Below, in pieces: positions 1-12,525 of a stretch of 64,000 nucleotides of DNA. Each line of letters opens with the position of its first letter. Position 1 is the first letter of the stretch. The notes under the pieces are model-generated. The model did no database searches and had not been told where the DNA came from. It saw only the letters and a list, made by a program, of their open reading frames with translations. Position numbers and translations under genes: made by a program. Source of the DNA: Bugula neritina (lineage: Eukaryota; Animalia; Bryozoa); the NCBI GenBank assembly GCA_964035545.1, contig OZ037767.1:15814998-15878997 (forward strand), in the 5' to 3' direction.

Positions 1-2984
1 TTGATGCATAAGTTCTTTTTGTAATATTAAAAGTATAACTTGCTTAATTGCTATTCAATGCCCTTTGAAGTTTCCAACTGTAATTAATTAGTTGATTTGG
101 CAGCATAGTATCGATGATTGATGAAGGCAGCCGATATAATTATAAGCATAAATATCTATATCTACATGAAGATGTCATTCCCAATGATTGTTATTCTGAA
201 ATCAGCTGATTAAGTTATCACAAACTAAACATTTTGACCAGCGGCTTGCAATGCAACTCGGTGAAATTTTAGACCTAGATGAATTGAATTTCTTACTGAA
301 AATCGTGAAGGTATTAAAGTTTAAAGTGAAAGTTTAAAGGGTCATCTCTCTGCGAATTCTAATAGCATGGTGCCAATTAGACTTGAAAAAATTTCAAGGC
401 ACTATAAAGCACTAAGCCCATTCTTACAAGTAGTTTCAAAGTGCACTGGAATTTCAGTTTACTTGTCATTGTATAGAATCCTGATCTACACTATATAGCA
501 TTCACTATTGCCTGCTTCTTCTAAGCATCTATAATGCATTAACTACAGTTTGCTTTAAGAAGTGAATTTCTACTTGGTATTTTTTCCTTATCGTTCTGTT
601 GTTTGCCAGTAGTCTTAATTTAATGGATTTTCCCTTTTCAAAAGTGGTTGTGAGAATCAAAACGCATCATGCAGCCTGCAACTACACAATGAGTCAGTAA
701 TTTCTTCCATTAAAGTAGCTCTTCTGGTTACCCTTGCTCACCTAAAAGCCTGAGCCTCATTCAAATTGCAAGTTTTTAGAGTTGTTAATTTTTCATGCAA
801 TCTTTCATTTTTTTTTGTTAGGCACAAAATTAGTATTCACTAGACCTAATCTTTCATCTGCATGTATGCCTATTGTTTGTTCATTAAAGAAAAACCTCTG
901 CTGAATATTGAACTAATAATGAAAACGAATTCCCTAAACTAAAAGTAGCAGTGTGATTTTGGTATTACAATCAGTTGTTAGCATAGAGTCAAGTTATTGA
1001 CAGGAATTTTCAAATTGAAATGAATGAATTTCATTGTAAGTCAGCAAGATTTAGTCTAAGTAAACATAGCATTACATCATGTTCTTATTTAACATTGGTA
1101 GAAGGCAACATTTATTTTAAGGACTGTTGTAAACTTAAATGTAATTTTAGGTACTTTCCATGTTTGTTATTGTAGATGGTCTTGTTCTTTGGAATGGATG
1201 TGACAACTCCTTGTGTCAAACTTAACTGATTGACTACTGAATCCCAATCATTTTTTGCCAAAAAATGTGAAAATGGAGTGCATGTCTACTTTATTTGAGA
1301 AAATATTAAAAATACTTTTGAAAATTAATCTAGCCAAACAATACAACAGTTTCATTTTATTAAAAAACATCATTTGCCCAAAATGTATTATGTAATCGAA
1401 CAATTTCTAGAAAAAAAGTGCTTTCCTCCAGTTTTGCTAATGAATTACATATTTCATTACATGCTTGTCTTTATAATTTTATTAATTGTTTTTTCTGGTG
1501 AGTCAATTGAAGTCAATTCAACCTAGAAAAGTCTGATTTTCAGACTTAATTTCAAGCGAGAATATTCACATTTTTAGGTCTGCGTTTGCAAACATTGTTG
1601 TGTTACTTTACTTTTTATATTTTTTGAAATAAATATCTTTTTAGCTTGTGCCTATTCATGATTAGAATAGTATACTAATATTTAACTTTTCTTCAATTTT
1701 AATAGATGAAAATGTTGATCAGTTGGAGTATTCAGTTTAGCTGAATTTTACTTGCTTCTGCGAAAACAATCTTTTGGAGTTGTCTGCCCTCTCTTTAGGT
1801 AATTTTTTGACCTATGGTCAACACAATAATTATAACTTTTTAAAGATGCTTGTGAACCTAACAATATAGCACAACTATCAAACCACATTATTCAATATCT
1901 GCATAAAATTTAGCCAATAATCTGCCACCCAATGAGCTTGAAAAGATATTAGAATTCTAGCTCAGTGCTGCCATCAATGTAGATATTTATAATGATATAA
2001 AGCCAAAACTCATTATTTATAATGATATAAAGCCAAAACTCATTATTGCATGAAATTATCTAACCATTCCTGACGAAGAATCGAGATAATAACTCCAAAG
2101 TTGGTCAGTTGAAACCACAGCAATAATACTTTAATCCTTATAATTATCAGGTTTAATTTTATACCAAGCCCCAATAAGTACATATCACTATGACAACACA
2201 GCCTAAGCACCTCCAATGCAAGAAATTTAGTATTGTGGTGCTACAAATCCTCCAGTTACAAATGAGTAGAGCTTTCATGATTATTGGTCTACCATAATGT
2301 TTATTTAGCTGTAGGAACTAGCATAAATGCTATTATATGTGGGAGGTATTTGAAAAGCTTCCAACTCCATCTTCAACTACGGGCTATTATAATTATGCGG
2401 ATAAACGAGATACTACACTCAGACTGCCCTGTTATAGTACTATGATTGGCTACTGCAAAATTTTTGCCGATAGACAACATTTATTTATGATGTAATGTAT
2501 CTCGTATTGGCACATAAGTGTCATGTCTGAAGACGAGATACTGTGAAATTATGCCCTGTTAATTTTATAACTTTTACTTTTAGTTTTAGTATTTTGGTTT
2601 TACATCAAAATTTACATCATTATGATTATCATTATGATTACAAAATGAAAATAATTATCATTAATCATTACCTTTTAATTTATGATTATAATTAATGTTA
2701 GAATTACCACAATTACAATCATAATGATAATCATAATGGCATAATCATAATCATAATGCCAATGATAATCACAATCGTAACACTAATAATAATAGTAATA
2801 GTCAAACTCAAGGATTGAGCCAATGATTCAGATTGTCTAAATTTAATTAAATAAATTTCAGCCTTGGGTTTAACTTTACAGTTCACAATTTTATTTTACA
2901 TTACGACTGAGAGTCACAGTAAGACTAAGAAAAAGAGTAAGTCATACCTTTCTTGCAGTTATTTCCAAAGTTTGTAGTTGTACT

Positions 2985-3112
2985 GGTACAGTAGTAGACC
3001 TAGTAGTAGTACTAGTAGTAGTAGTAGTAACAGTACTATTAGTAGTAGTAGTACTAGTACTAGTAGCAGTACTAGTACTAGTTGTAGTACTAGTATCAGT
3101 GGTAGTAGTAAT
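2985..3112. repeat. Degenerate (TAG/TAC)n simple repeat
   Basis: tagtagtagtactagtagtagtagtagtaacagtactattagtagtag... Confidence 0.85.
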
Positions 3113-4149
3113 AGGACTGCGATCTTAGATGTAAGTCTAATGAAATACGAATAAGAATAGTATAAGTATAACTTTTACATATTTAGTTTTACTATAAGTG
3201 TAAATATAATGAGTAATAGTAAAACTCAAAGTATATACATTAACTCAGTTTAGCATTAATGATAAAATATAATAATTATAATAAAGTAATATGATCACCA
3301 TTACGATTATAATTAAAATTCTTAGTAACACTTTTATGATACTCAGTTTAATTTATTAATATTAAACATTAGTTTGGCTACCACAAATAACTAATAAGTG
3401 CTACTATAGGTAACTGTAAAGATAAGTATAAATTTAACTATAACATAGACTATCAGCAATAATAATATATCATATTGATATTAAACTATATATGGATAAT
3501 GCAAATCATAGATCATACCTCATGATAATTATTCCTAATGATCTTACTTTTTATATGCTGATGCTAATAAGTAGTAATTTTAAATTTGATAACTCATGAA
3601 TGATGAATAAGATAACAAGAATAATACTGGACCTAGTAATACTATTAGTCCTACTACTAGAATTTTATTATCTTATATTATCTTATATTTGTAATACGCT
3701 TCTTTTAGTAATACTGCTGGTCAAAGTTAGTGTTAATCATATTTATAGTTAAATGTTGAAGGAATAAATTAGTTCATAACATAAACATTTCACTATGTGA
3801 ATATGAAATTTAATATGAATATCCCAATTACACTTGCTGTTGCTCTTTAGAGACTAGAGTTATAACTTATAACTATGATATAATAATGAATACCATTATT
3901 TTAACTAATCATATTACTCAGCTAATGTTAATGATAACTGTAAGTCTAAAAACCATTACGGTTATAGGTATCACTGACAAATATTATTAATAATATAATC
4001 ATTCGTTTTATACTTGTACCTATATTTATATTTATACTTATACCTATTTTTATACTTATGATCATATCTATACTTTCACGTATGCTTGTACATTTTACTC
4101 ATAGTATCAGGGTGGCAATCGAAAAGTCATAATCGATATGCTAATCCAA

Positions 4150-7140
4150 TAATAGAACCAACTGCACTATTATTATTATTATTGTTGATTGACCGTAGTT
4201 TTTTAGCTGGTGTAACCTTTTACCATTGGCCTAGTTATACTAAGCTGAAATGGCTAGAACTTTCCTCAGGATGTGAGCTTATCCTGATCCTAGTAAGGGT
4301 GTCTGCTGAATTAATGAGCATTTGTTTTCAGCTACTCCAAGTAGTGTCAGCCAGCCTACAATCTTGTATAAAGCTCCAAAGGGTCCAGTTACAACGGGAT
4401 GACTTTTTTGATGTTTTCCAAAGGCGGGTTTATTCTAGTGCTAAATTCTGATATTTTCCTAACTTTTCGAATTTTTTTTTTTACTCTGTAGTTAACAGGG
4501 ACTGTGATATCAATTATCGTTGTTTCAGCATTATGCTTGTCAACTACTAATATATCGGGTCTCCTAACTTTGATGACTACGTCAGTGTGTATGTTAAAAT
4601 CTTACAAGGTTTTCACATTATCATTTTCCAGTACTTATTCTGCTTGATGGCCGTACAAATTCTTACTTTTCTGAAACCCACGAAGTTCACACAACTACTA
4701 TTGAAATTATCAATGCCAAAAGGTTGTGTTTTTTCTTATATTCTCCTTCTGCTACCTTCTCAAACTCACTCAATACGTGCATCGAAGTTTTGTCTCTTGC
4801 GTTACACATTCCACACTTCTTGCTACCCTGTTCTCTCATCATAGCCACTTTATAATTTCTAGTAGTGAATAGTTGATCTTGCGCAGCTCTCAGCAGTCCT
4901 TCTGTTTCCTTTTTCAGCCAACCATACTTCAACCAGTTCCAGGAAAATGCTTTCATGTCTTCCACCATTTTGATGTATTGACCACGTGAAGCTTTTCTTT
5001 ACACTCATCAGTTCTTTCTATCACTTTATCATTATTTAGTTCTACCGCTGTTCTATCTTTTAGGAAGGTATTCAGTGTGGTGTTTCTATCAGTCTATGTT
5101 ATATTTATGTAGTCTGACATGCTGCAGTTTTCAATCTTTATGCATTTTTCAGTTGACAACATTCTTCTACCGCCTTCCCTTCTGCTAAAATACAGCCTGC
5201 CTACATCTGCTCTCGGATAGGGTGCACGGTTTGTTGTCATTAGCTTCCTTGTCTTTCAGTCTATATTTTTTAGCTCATGAAACAGTTCAGTCAAGTATTC
5301 TAGCTGTGTAATGCACTGCTGTTACTGCCCATGTGTTTATTGCTCTGATTGTGTTCTCACCATTCAGTTTTGAATCCAGAACTTTTCTTATTTGTTTGTA
5401 GTACTCCTTGATCTTATTTTTCATTTCATATATTTGTATTCCATCAATCTCAAGAACTCCTAGATATTTATACGGCTTCTCACCCAGATCTTTGATTACC
5501 TGTTCATCACGCAAACTGATTCCTGTGTCCTTAATTTTCTTTCCCTTTCTCATAACCAGTGTGGCACATTTTTTAATCCAAATTTCATTTCTATATTCCT
5601 TGTGAAGATCCCGGCAGTGTTTACCAAAGCTTCCAGTTCCCACTTTGATTTCCTATTTACCTTCAGGTCATCCACATATAGGAGATGGTTTGTTTTCTGT
5701 CTCGTCGAAATTTGCATCATTGAGCCGCTTCTGTCATGCGAATCGGTAGTTGGAGAAAAGGGATAGAGATAAAGAGTCTCCTTGGAAAATTCTTAGTTTG
5801 ATCTTTATTTCTCCTATCTTTTCTTCCAGGTATTTCAGTTGTGTTTTCCAGGTTTCATGCTTTTTCTTATCAACCTTATGACATTAATTGCTATTCTAGT
5901 TGTTTGCATCGTTTCTAAGATCTAATTTCCTTGTCTTTACATATGCTCCAATTTGTTGCTAACTTTATTTAGTCATTCTGCATTGGTATTATTTTTAGTT
6001 GGCTGACCCCATATATTTTATCAGAATGCTTTTGATTTCCTTGTCAGGTGCCTCTTTAGATGTACGTATTCATTTCCTCGTAATTCTTGATAAAAGCGCT
6101 TATCATTGTAAACATTGTGTTCTGATTATATTGATCAACTCATTCTGTATATCTGTTTATCTTCTGGCTTACAGCTCTCAGGTTTTGCTTCAGTTTTTCA
6201 ATCACTACACCACACTCTTTGTTTTTTATCCTATATTTTTCTTCAACCATTCTTCTCAATGAATCATTGTAAGCTCTACTTTTTCACTCTGCTATTTTAC
6301 TTAAGTCTGATCTAATTTCTTTTTATTTCTTCTGCAGTCGTATTTTCCATACTTGTACATTGTCACTTTTTCTTTTTCCTTTTTGTTACACACTTGTTCT
6401 GTTACTATTTTTCGCACAAGCCATGGTGGTGTTATTAAGCTCAATGGTAGTAATAATCTCAACACAGTTTAGCACATCATTAATCTGTTTTACTGCCTGT
6501 AGTAATTTGACCCTCTCAATGTGCCCAAGGGCTCTTATAGTGTTGGTCGATCATTAGATAGTTTGTTTTGCTCATTTATAATTTTTCTACTAACACTTTT
6601 TCTACCTCTGAACTAGGTACTCTTAAAGTTCTCATGGCTGATTTATATGCTATCTCATGTTGTACTATAACATCCTCTATTTGCAAATTTAGCTCTTCAT
6701 TATCAATTGCATGATGTGCCTAGTTATTGCAAGGTTTCTTCTTCAATCTTATGGAGTTCTTCTTCCATAAAATGCTTGTGTTTCTTCAATCCGCTAGTCT
6801 CTATTCGCTGATGTTAAACTCTCCTCTGTTTTCCAGCGTTTGCACATTCTTTTTAAATAATTCTTTGATCCGGGTCTACAGAGCTCATACATTGTTTTTC
6901 TATAACCTCTCAATTTGGGTGTACTTTCGAAGCAGCATTTCATGACAACTTTGTTGTCTTCTCTTGAGTATCTTCTTCTGGTTGTGCCAGTAACGGGTTG
7001 ACGGCCGTAGGTTGCCTGGTCCTCCACATACCCACTGCCAGACGAGACATGCCATGTTTAGTTAGACATACCATTAACGTCGTTGGCTTTATTAGTTCTA
7101 TTTTAATGGATCATATTATTATTTTTAATTATTATTATTA
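4150..7140 (-). mobile_element. Decayed non-LTR retrotransposon, R4/Dong-like (RT + CCHC + restriction-like endonuclease)
   Basis: Fragments read KKCATLVMRKGK..YKYLGVLE..RAINTWAV (RT/thumb), ETEGLLRAAQDQ..CGMC..HVLS..EY..HN (CCHC), RPDILVVDK..IIDITVP (REL). Many stops and frameshifts. (TAA/TTA)n runs at both ends, as known for Dong/R4. Confidence 0.8.
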
Positions 7141-10100
7141 TCACTATCAGTAGCAAATAAATAATTTTATATTTGTTATTAGTTACTACTTATAGAAATT
7201 GAGTGCCACAGCTTGAGGGTTATAAAGTCAGTCTTAGTCAATGTAATGGGGATGCTGATACTGACATTTGGCTTCGAGCTCATAGTTAAATTGCTAACAA
7301 CTATACCTAAGGATAACAGGAGTAATAAAATGTTAATTTATAAGGATTATAACCTTAGAGTGGAGATATTATTCTCAATTTATTTAGTTTTTACTTTACT
7401 AACTTTTATTTTATTCATCAACCTTACTGTCTATTTAAATAGCAAACTAAAGAATAATTATGAAGGCCTTTGAATTGAAGTACTTTTCTGTAGCTGATTA
7501 GATTTCAAGTATTAAAATAACATACTAAGACAGAATACCATTATATGAGCTAGATTAATAAAGTAAAGAAGATTTCTTTGTTAATCAAAATATAGGTGTC
7601 ACATATGCCTATTTTTAAGATTATGTTCTTATATGTGCTGTCTTTTTAATATTTTTAAAGTGCTACATTTTGAGGGTAGCCTACATCAATATGACTGCCC
7701 TGTAATTGCTTGTCAACTATAAGAGTTAGACCTATAAACTGTCTCATTTTCAAATTATCTTTACTTTTCTAATTGATGTTAACATGACTATTCCTATTAG
7801 TATTTTGGTGTTTACCATTAGTAATGTTTGAACTAACATCAATATCCTTGTTAATTTGTCTAATTATTCAAATTTTAATATTCATCATTTGTGAACAGTA
7901 ATAAAATTTTGTCTTTCTTAAATTAATGTGATGCTAGATTAGCTACTCTAGCGAGTGTGTATTGTGCAATGAGTACTAATGCCATATTTTTGCACTTCTT
8001 GTTCTATATAATTTAGATTTAAGGTAACAATTCCTAAAGCTATCACATAATGCTGCTATCAGTTATAAAGATGTCACTGATCCAAACATTGAAAACCAGC
8101 TGAGTGCATGCAAGGTTGAAAACTTATTTTCTCTGGTTAGGTAAGTAGAAAGGTATTTGCTGTAATTTACAACTATTTTGTTTTCAACATCCTTGATGTT
8201 CATCTCTAAAAGATAAGTAGCACATAATGGTACCTGTTTTACTTAGCAGAAGAAATTATTGTCAAAGCTTTTTTACTACATTTTAAATTGTATGACACTC
8301 TTTTGACTACATTTGATTTCATATCTCAAATAATTATATTTCTGACTCATGAAACTGTAACCACACACTTGAGAACAAAATAAATAATGATATGGAAGCT
8401 TTCTTTAACTTTGTCAATTTAGTCAACAGCCAATGACTGAAAACATGTTTTGTACACTATTGATTGCCTCTCTATTTCCGCTATAAGGCAGAAACTTTAA
8501 TCTCAAAATTTAAGACACTGGCAGTTCTTCCCAATAATACGTTGTTCAAAACAAATATTTTTTGCCAAGTAATATAGTATTTAATTATATTTTTTAGTCA
8601 AAGAAATTTGTTTGGTTTCTTGTGTCATCTTGAATAGCTTGTTATTCATTATCTTTTTCTTCCTGTTATGACTATGAGTGTATATAACCTTTGCTGACAG
8701 GTTTTTCCCCCATCACTATATGTTTCTCTGTTTACTCTCTAACAGTTTTATTTCCGTTCATTTTTTAGAGTTTACTAAAATGACATGGGTGTGCTTTGTT
8801 GTGGCTCCTAATTGAGCGCATCCGTTGAGATTATTGGAAGTTTTGTTGAAACTGAGCTGAGGCCTCTTACTCCTAAAGGCAAGAATTTGAGTCATCTTAG
8901 CTACTTGTAGCGTATCAACATCGAACAGCACCATTCCACTACTCTAAGCTTAAGGTTTTGGCTGCATTAGATCAACAGGTAAGTTTAATAGTTTGTATTT
9001 CGTACACTATTTCATGATGTCTGTTCAGCATTTACTTGGTAGCACACATTTATAAATTTTGCATTCTTTTAGTTTTTTGCAGTACAACTTTTCTACGCAA
9101 CTATTACACTGTTGTTGCTGTTAATTGTAGTTTATTCTGCTTGACCATGCAATTATTGAATTATGTTGCAAAGGTGATTGAGTCCTTTTATTTAATTTAG
9201 TACACACTGGAAATCTGCAGTTTTTAGCCATTTTTACAATTTAGCTGCTAATGAACAATGCTTTTTGCTTAAAATTAGTGAGACATCAAGAAATACACCT
9301 AAATAATCAAGGTTCTTCTTAATTTTGCATGATTTCTCATGTTTTTTCCTATTTATTCATTTCATTTGGATTGCCTACTGTTACAAACTAACCGTGGCGA
9401 TCCCCAGTCAGAAGTTGCTGTAATTAGAAAAAAGCATAGGAAATCAAAGAAAATTAAAAAGAGCCTCGATTATTTAGGTGTATTTATTGATATTTTTTTA
9501 GTTTCGGGCCAAAACTCATGTTCATTAGCAAAAACTTGAGATCTTCAGTATGTACTAACTTAAGTAAAATGAACCAATTGCAGTAAATTTCTGCATTTTC
9601 TAATACTTCTTAAATTTACACCTAAAATAGTGCTGTCCTAAGAAAATGACACTAGCTGCTGTCTTCATGTATGTGCCCCAATTGTATATAATGCTGTTGA
9701 TTTGTTTAGTGCTTTTTCTATTTGTTTGTTATATAACTTTTCTTTTATGGTTGTTGCCAGCACCTAAAGCATTATTCATTAGTGTCAATTAATTTTTACT
9801 CACAGTTTTACTGTTACATAGTTTATAAAGCCCTTGTGTCAACTTTTCTAGATATCCTGGTTAAAATTGTTCCACTTGATGAATGGCATAGGGCATATGC
9901 AATAGCAAAACAGTTGCAGGCTGTTTTGGAAAAAAAATTGTGCATATAACCTTTATTTTATACATGTTATTTAGGCTTTGGTAGAACTGTTGGAGAGCCT
10001 TCCTCTTGAATAAAGCTACTCAACTTCCCGGATTCTACTTTATTGACATTAACCCACTACTTACAAAACGCCTTGAAATTTAGCTAATAAATTATGTATT

Positions 10101-10865
10101 TTGTGATTTTTTTTTTAAATGTACAATGTTATGTATAAATTACAATCAGTTTATATATATATACATGTCTTTTACTACTTAGTATTACAGTGTAAAAAGC
10201 ATTTCAGGGTTAACAATTTAATTAATTGGCCCTAACAGTAATTATGTATAATACAGATTTGCAGATGCTTTAAATGAACCCAAAAAGCTGATGTTGTTAA
10301 ACAGTGTACAAAATAGTCACCTCATATCAGCCAGACATGCTTAGTCATTACCTAGCATTAAAATCATATTATGAATGCAGTCAAGTTTTGATATGCATCC
10401 CTATTATTGATAGTTTGTGAACCAGCAATTAAATATCAAGAAGCAATATTACTAACCAACGTGCTGGTTAAAGAGTTTCAAGTTGTAGTTATAGTATCAA
10501 ACTATTATAATGGCATAAAAACTATCAGTTAAAACATCTTATTAATATTTACTACAGGAATACATATTATAGGTGTGCTAAAAATCTGGTAGAAGCATCA
10601 ATTATTTTAGATGTTTTGGATTTAGTATCTCTGTACTATAATGTAATATACAGAACATCAGGTGCTGTCTCCACAGTGCATTGATGGCACTAATGAATAT
10701 TAATACATGCAGGCAGTGTTGGTAATGATTTATTGAAATAGGAGTTTAAAAACTGTTTAAACAACAATGAAAAGCCTGAGATTAGTCCAAGGAGAGGGGT
10801 ATTTCAAGCTAGCAGATGAGCAATATAGATGCGAAAGTCTTGCCTAAAAATCATTATTGTTATAT

Positions 10866-11170
10866 TGTTATAGTTTTCAGATTTAGGGTTGATGTGCCAC
10901 CAAGAGAGTCTATTTAACACTAGAGAAACTTCACCAGTTAAGTCGAGTAGATATCGTTATATTTAATACAAGAATACATAATAAAAATCCAATGTACAAC
11001 AGTAATGATACGCACGTCTATTTAGTTTACAGCACTATCCTCAACTGAGCTAGTAGCGCGAAGCGGCTACTATTACTAATAAAACAGCTTAGCTAATTGG
11101 CTAATACATTGTTCCGGGTCAATACGCAACCTCGCGTATTGTGTTGCTGGTAGCTCCACGAGCCACCACA
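10866..11170 (-). repeat. E1 3' LTR
   Basis: Direct repeat of 18007-18311; preceded on the minus strand by PPT GGAGGGGGCAG (11171-11181). Confidence 0.97.
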
Positions 11171-11434
11171 CTGCCCCCTCCAGCAGAAAGCCCACTTTCT
11201 GATAAAATAAGATTCACATAAAAACGTATACTTCGTTGTGGGGGGGGTAAGAGAACAGTATAAAAGTATATAAAAAAACAACAACTGGTAAAAATATACA
11301 GGTATATATAACGTACACTAAGTAATAAGCAAGAGAAGGTCCTATCTACATATAGAGTACGTGCCACCATTACGGTAGGGAATGCCACAGAGAGGTAGGG
11401 GAATGAGTAGTAGGGAGTTGTAGGTAGACTCGAG

Positions 11435-12508
11435 TTAACTGCGGGCCGCACGCTTCATGCGTTTAATAGACTCCTGTAAATATTTGAGTTCACTGGAGGC
11501 TGCCTGTATCCGTGGGGCCAGCCTGTACACTTCTTGCTCCAAGTCATGCGCCCTAGCTTCTACCTCACGTAGGTTACGGGCCCAGGGGGACGAGCGAGAG
11601 GATGTTGGCTGCCTGTGTCGTTTCCGCTCTGAGGATGGAAGAGGAGGAGGGAGTGTATACGCATTGGTGTCTACTCTCTGTAGTACGACACGAGGAAAGG
11701 TATGCGGCATGCGTATAGGACTGTGAGGTGGAGAGTTAGCAGACTGTGTAGGTTTATCTGCGGCTCCAGAGATGATGGGTCGCGGGGAAGGGAAGCCTTG
11801 CTCCAGGCGAGATAGCCGAGCTGAGTCAGTGATGAGTGGTTTGATGGCGTTGAGAAAGGCAGGATATGATGATTCGTCTACTTCATAGACATGTCCTTGA
11901 TAGCACTGCATAGTACGTTGGTGCCGCAGTAGGTAATCACGATTATAGCTATATTCTCCGCAAGGGCAGAAAGTGGTGATGTAGTGCTGCGGCAAGTGCA
12001 CCTTTAGTCTGCAGTGGGTTGTGAATCGCTGCTGGCAGAGGTTGCATTCACGATTACTCTCACCTCCTTGATGGGTCCTGATTTCTCTCTCTGTGGCAGG
12101 GGTAATCCAGTTGGAGGTTGCTTCCAACTGGGGTGGCAGTTGCCTGGTGGTAGGAGTTGTTGGGGCCGGCTCTGGGTCCCATGCCATCTCTAGAGAAGGC
12201 ATGTCAGTAGAGACGGGCGCGAGTGTGTCTACAAAAGTAGAATTATTGTTAGGTCGCGGTGGATCTTTACAACATAATTCTAGTGACTGTCGACCGTTGC
12301 TAGCCTGAGAGTCACAGCTTTTGGAATGCACTCGAGGAACTGATGAATCATGTGTGGACTGACCAAGAACAGTGTCTAGCTCCAGGTCTAACAGACCGTC
12401 GGCCATTACAGTGTCTTCATCGTCATTCACATGAAACGTGGTTCCCAGTAATTCTGATTCAATCTGCTGAATTAGTTCAGAATTTACTGGCATCGAGCCC
12501 GTTTCCAT
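11435..12508 (-). CDS. E1 ORF3: accessory protein with C2H2 + CxC..H..C zinc fingers and C-terminal coiled coil (357 aa)
   Basis: CNLC-x12-H-x3-H then CPC-x12-H-x5-C; Pro/Ser-rich linker; heptad-like LREVEARAHDLEQEVYRLAP...LQESIKRMKR; intact; homologous to 28805-29626 and 51461-52534. Confidence 0.85.
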   Translation of the reverse strand: METGSMPVNSELIQQIESELLGTTFHVNDDEDTVMADGLLDLELDTVLGQSTHDSSVPRVHSKSCDSQASNGRQSLELCCKDPPRPNNNSTFVDTLAPVSTDMPSLEMAWDPEPAPTTPTTRQLPPQLEATSNWITPATEREIRTHQGGESNRECNLCQQRFTTHCRLKVHLPQHYITTFCPCGEYSYNRDYLLRHQRTMQCYQGHVYEVDESSYPAFLNAIKPLITDSARLSRLEQGFPSPRPIISGAADKPTQSANSPPHSPIRMPHTFPRVVLQRVDTNAYTLPPPLPSSERKRHRQPTSSRSSPWARNLREVEARAHDLEQEVYRLAPRIQAASSELKYLQESIKRMKRAARS

Positions 12509-12525
12509 GAATAGGAATACAAGAC

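Larger units (their letters stand above)
1706..10083 (+). pseudogene. Possible decayed multi-exon gene remnant (exon-like blocks ~1706-1798, 8017-8140, 8769-8978, ~9975-10083), product unidentified
   Basis: Higher-complexity blocks bounded by polypyrimidine-AG and GT(AAG), with protein-like stretches (QFLKLSHNAAISYKDVTDPNIENQLSACKVENLFSLV; LLVAYQHRTAPFHYSKLKVLAALDQQ) but in-frame stops. Confidence 0.3.

Noticed and set aside
1986-2047. ~30-bp tandem duplication
   Set aside because: Ordinary slippage duplication
1-10083. Faint resemblance of the exon relics to an RNF213-like C-terminus
   Set aside because: Impression only, no diagnostic motif; left unnamed
11435-12508. ORF3 as an envelope gene
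   Set aside because: No evident signal peptide, fusion peptide or transmembrane anchor; has zinc fingers instead
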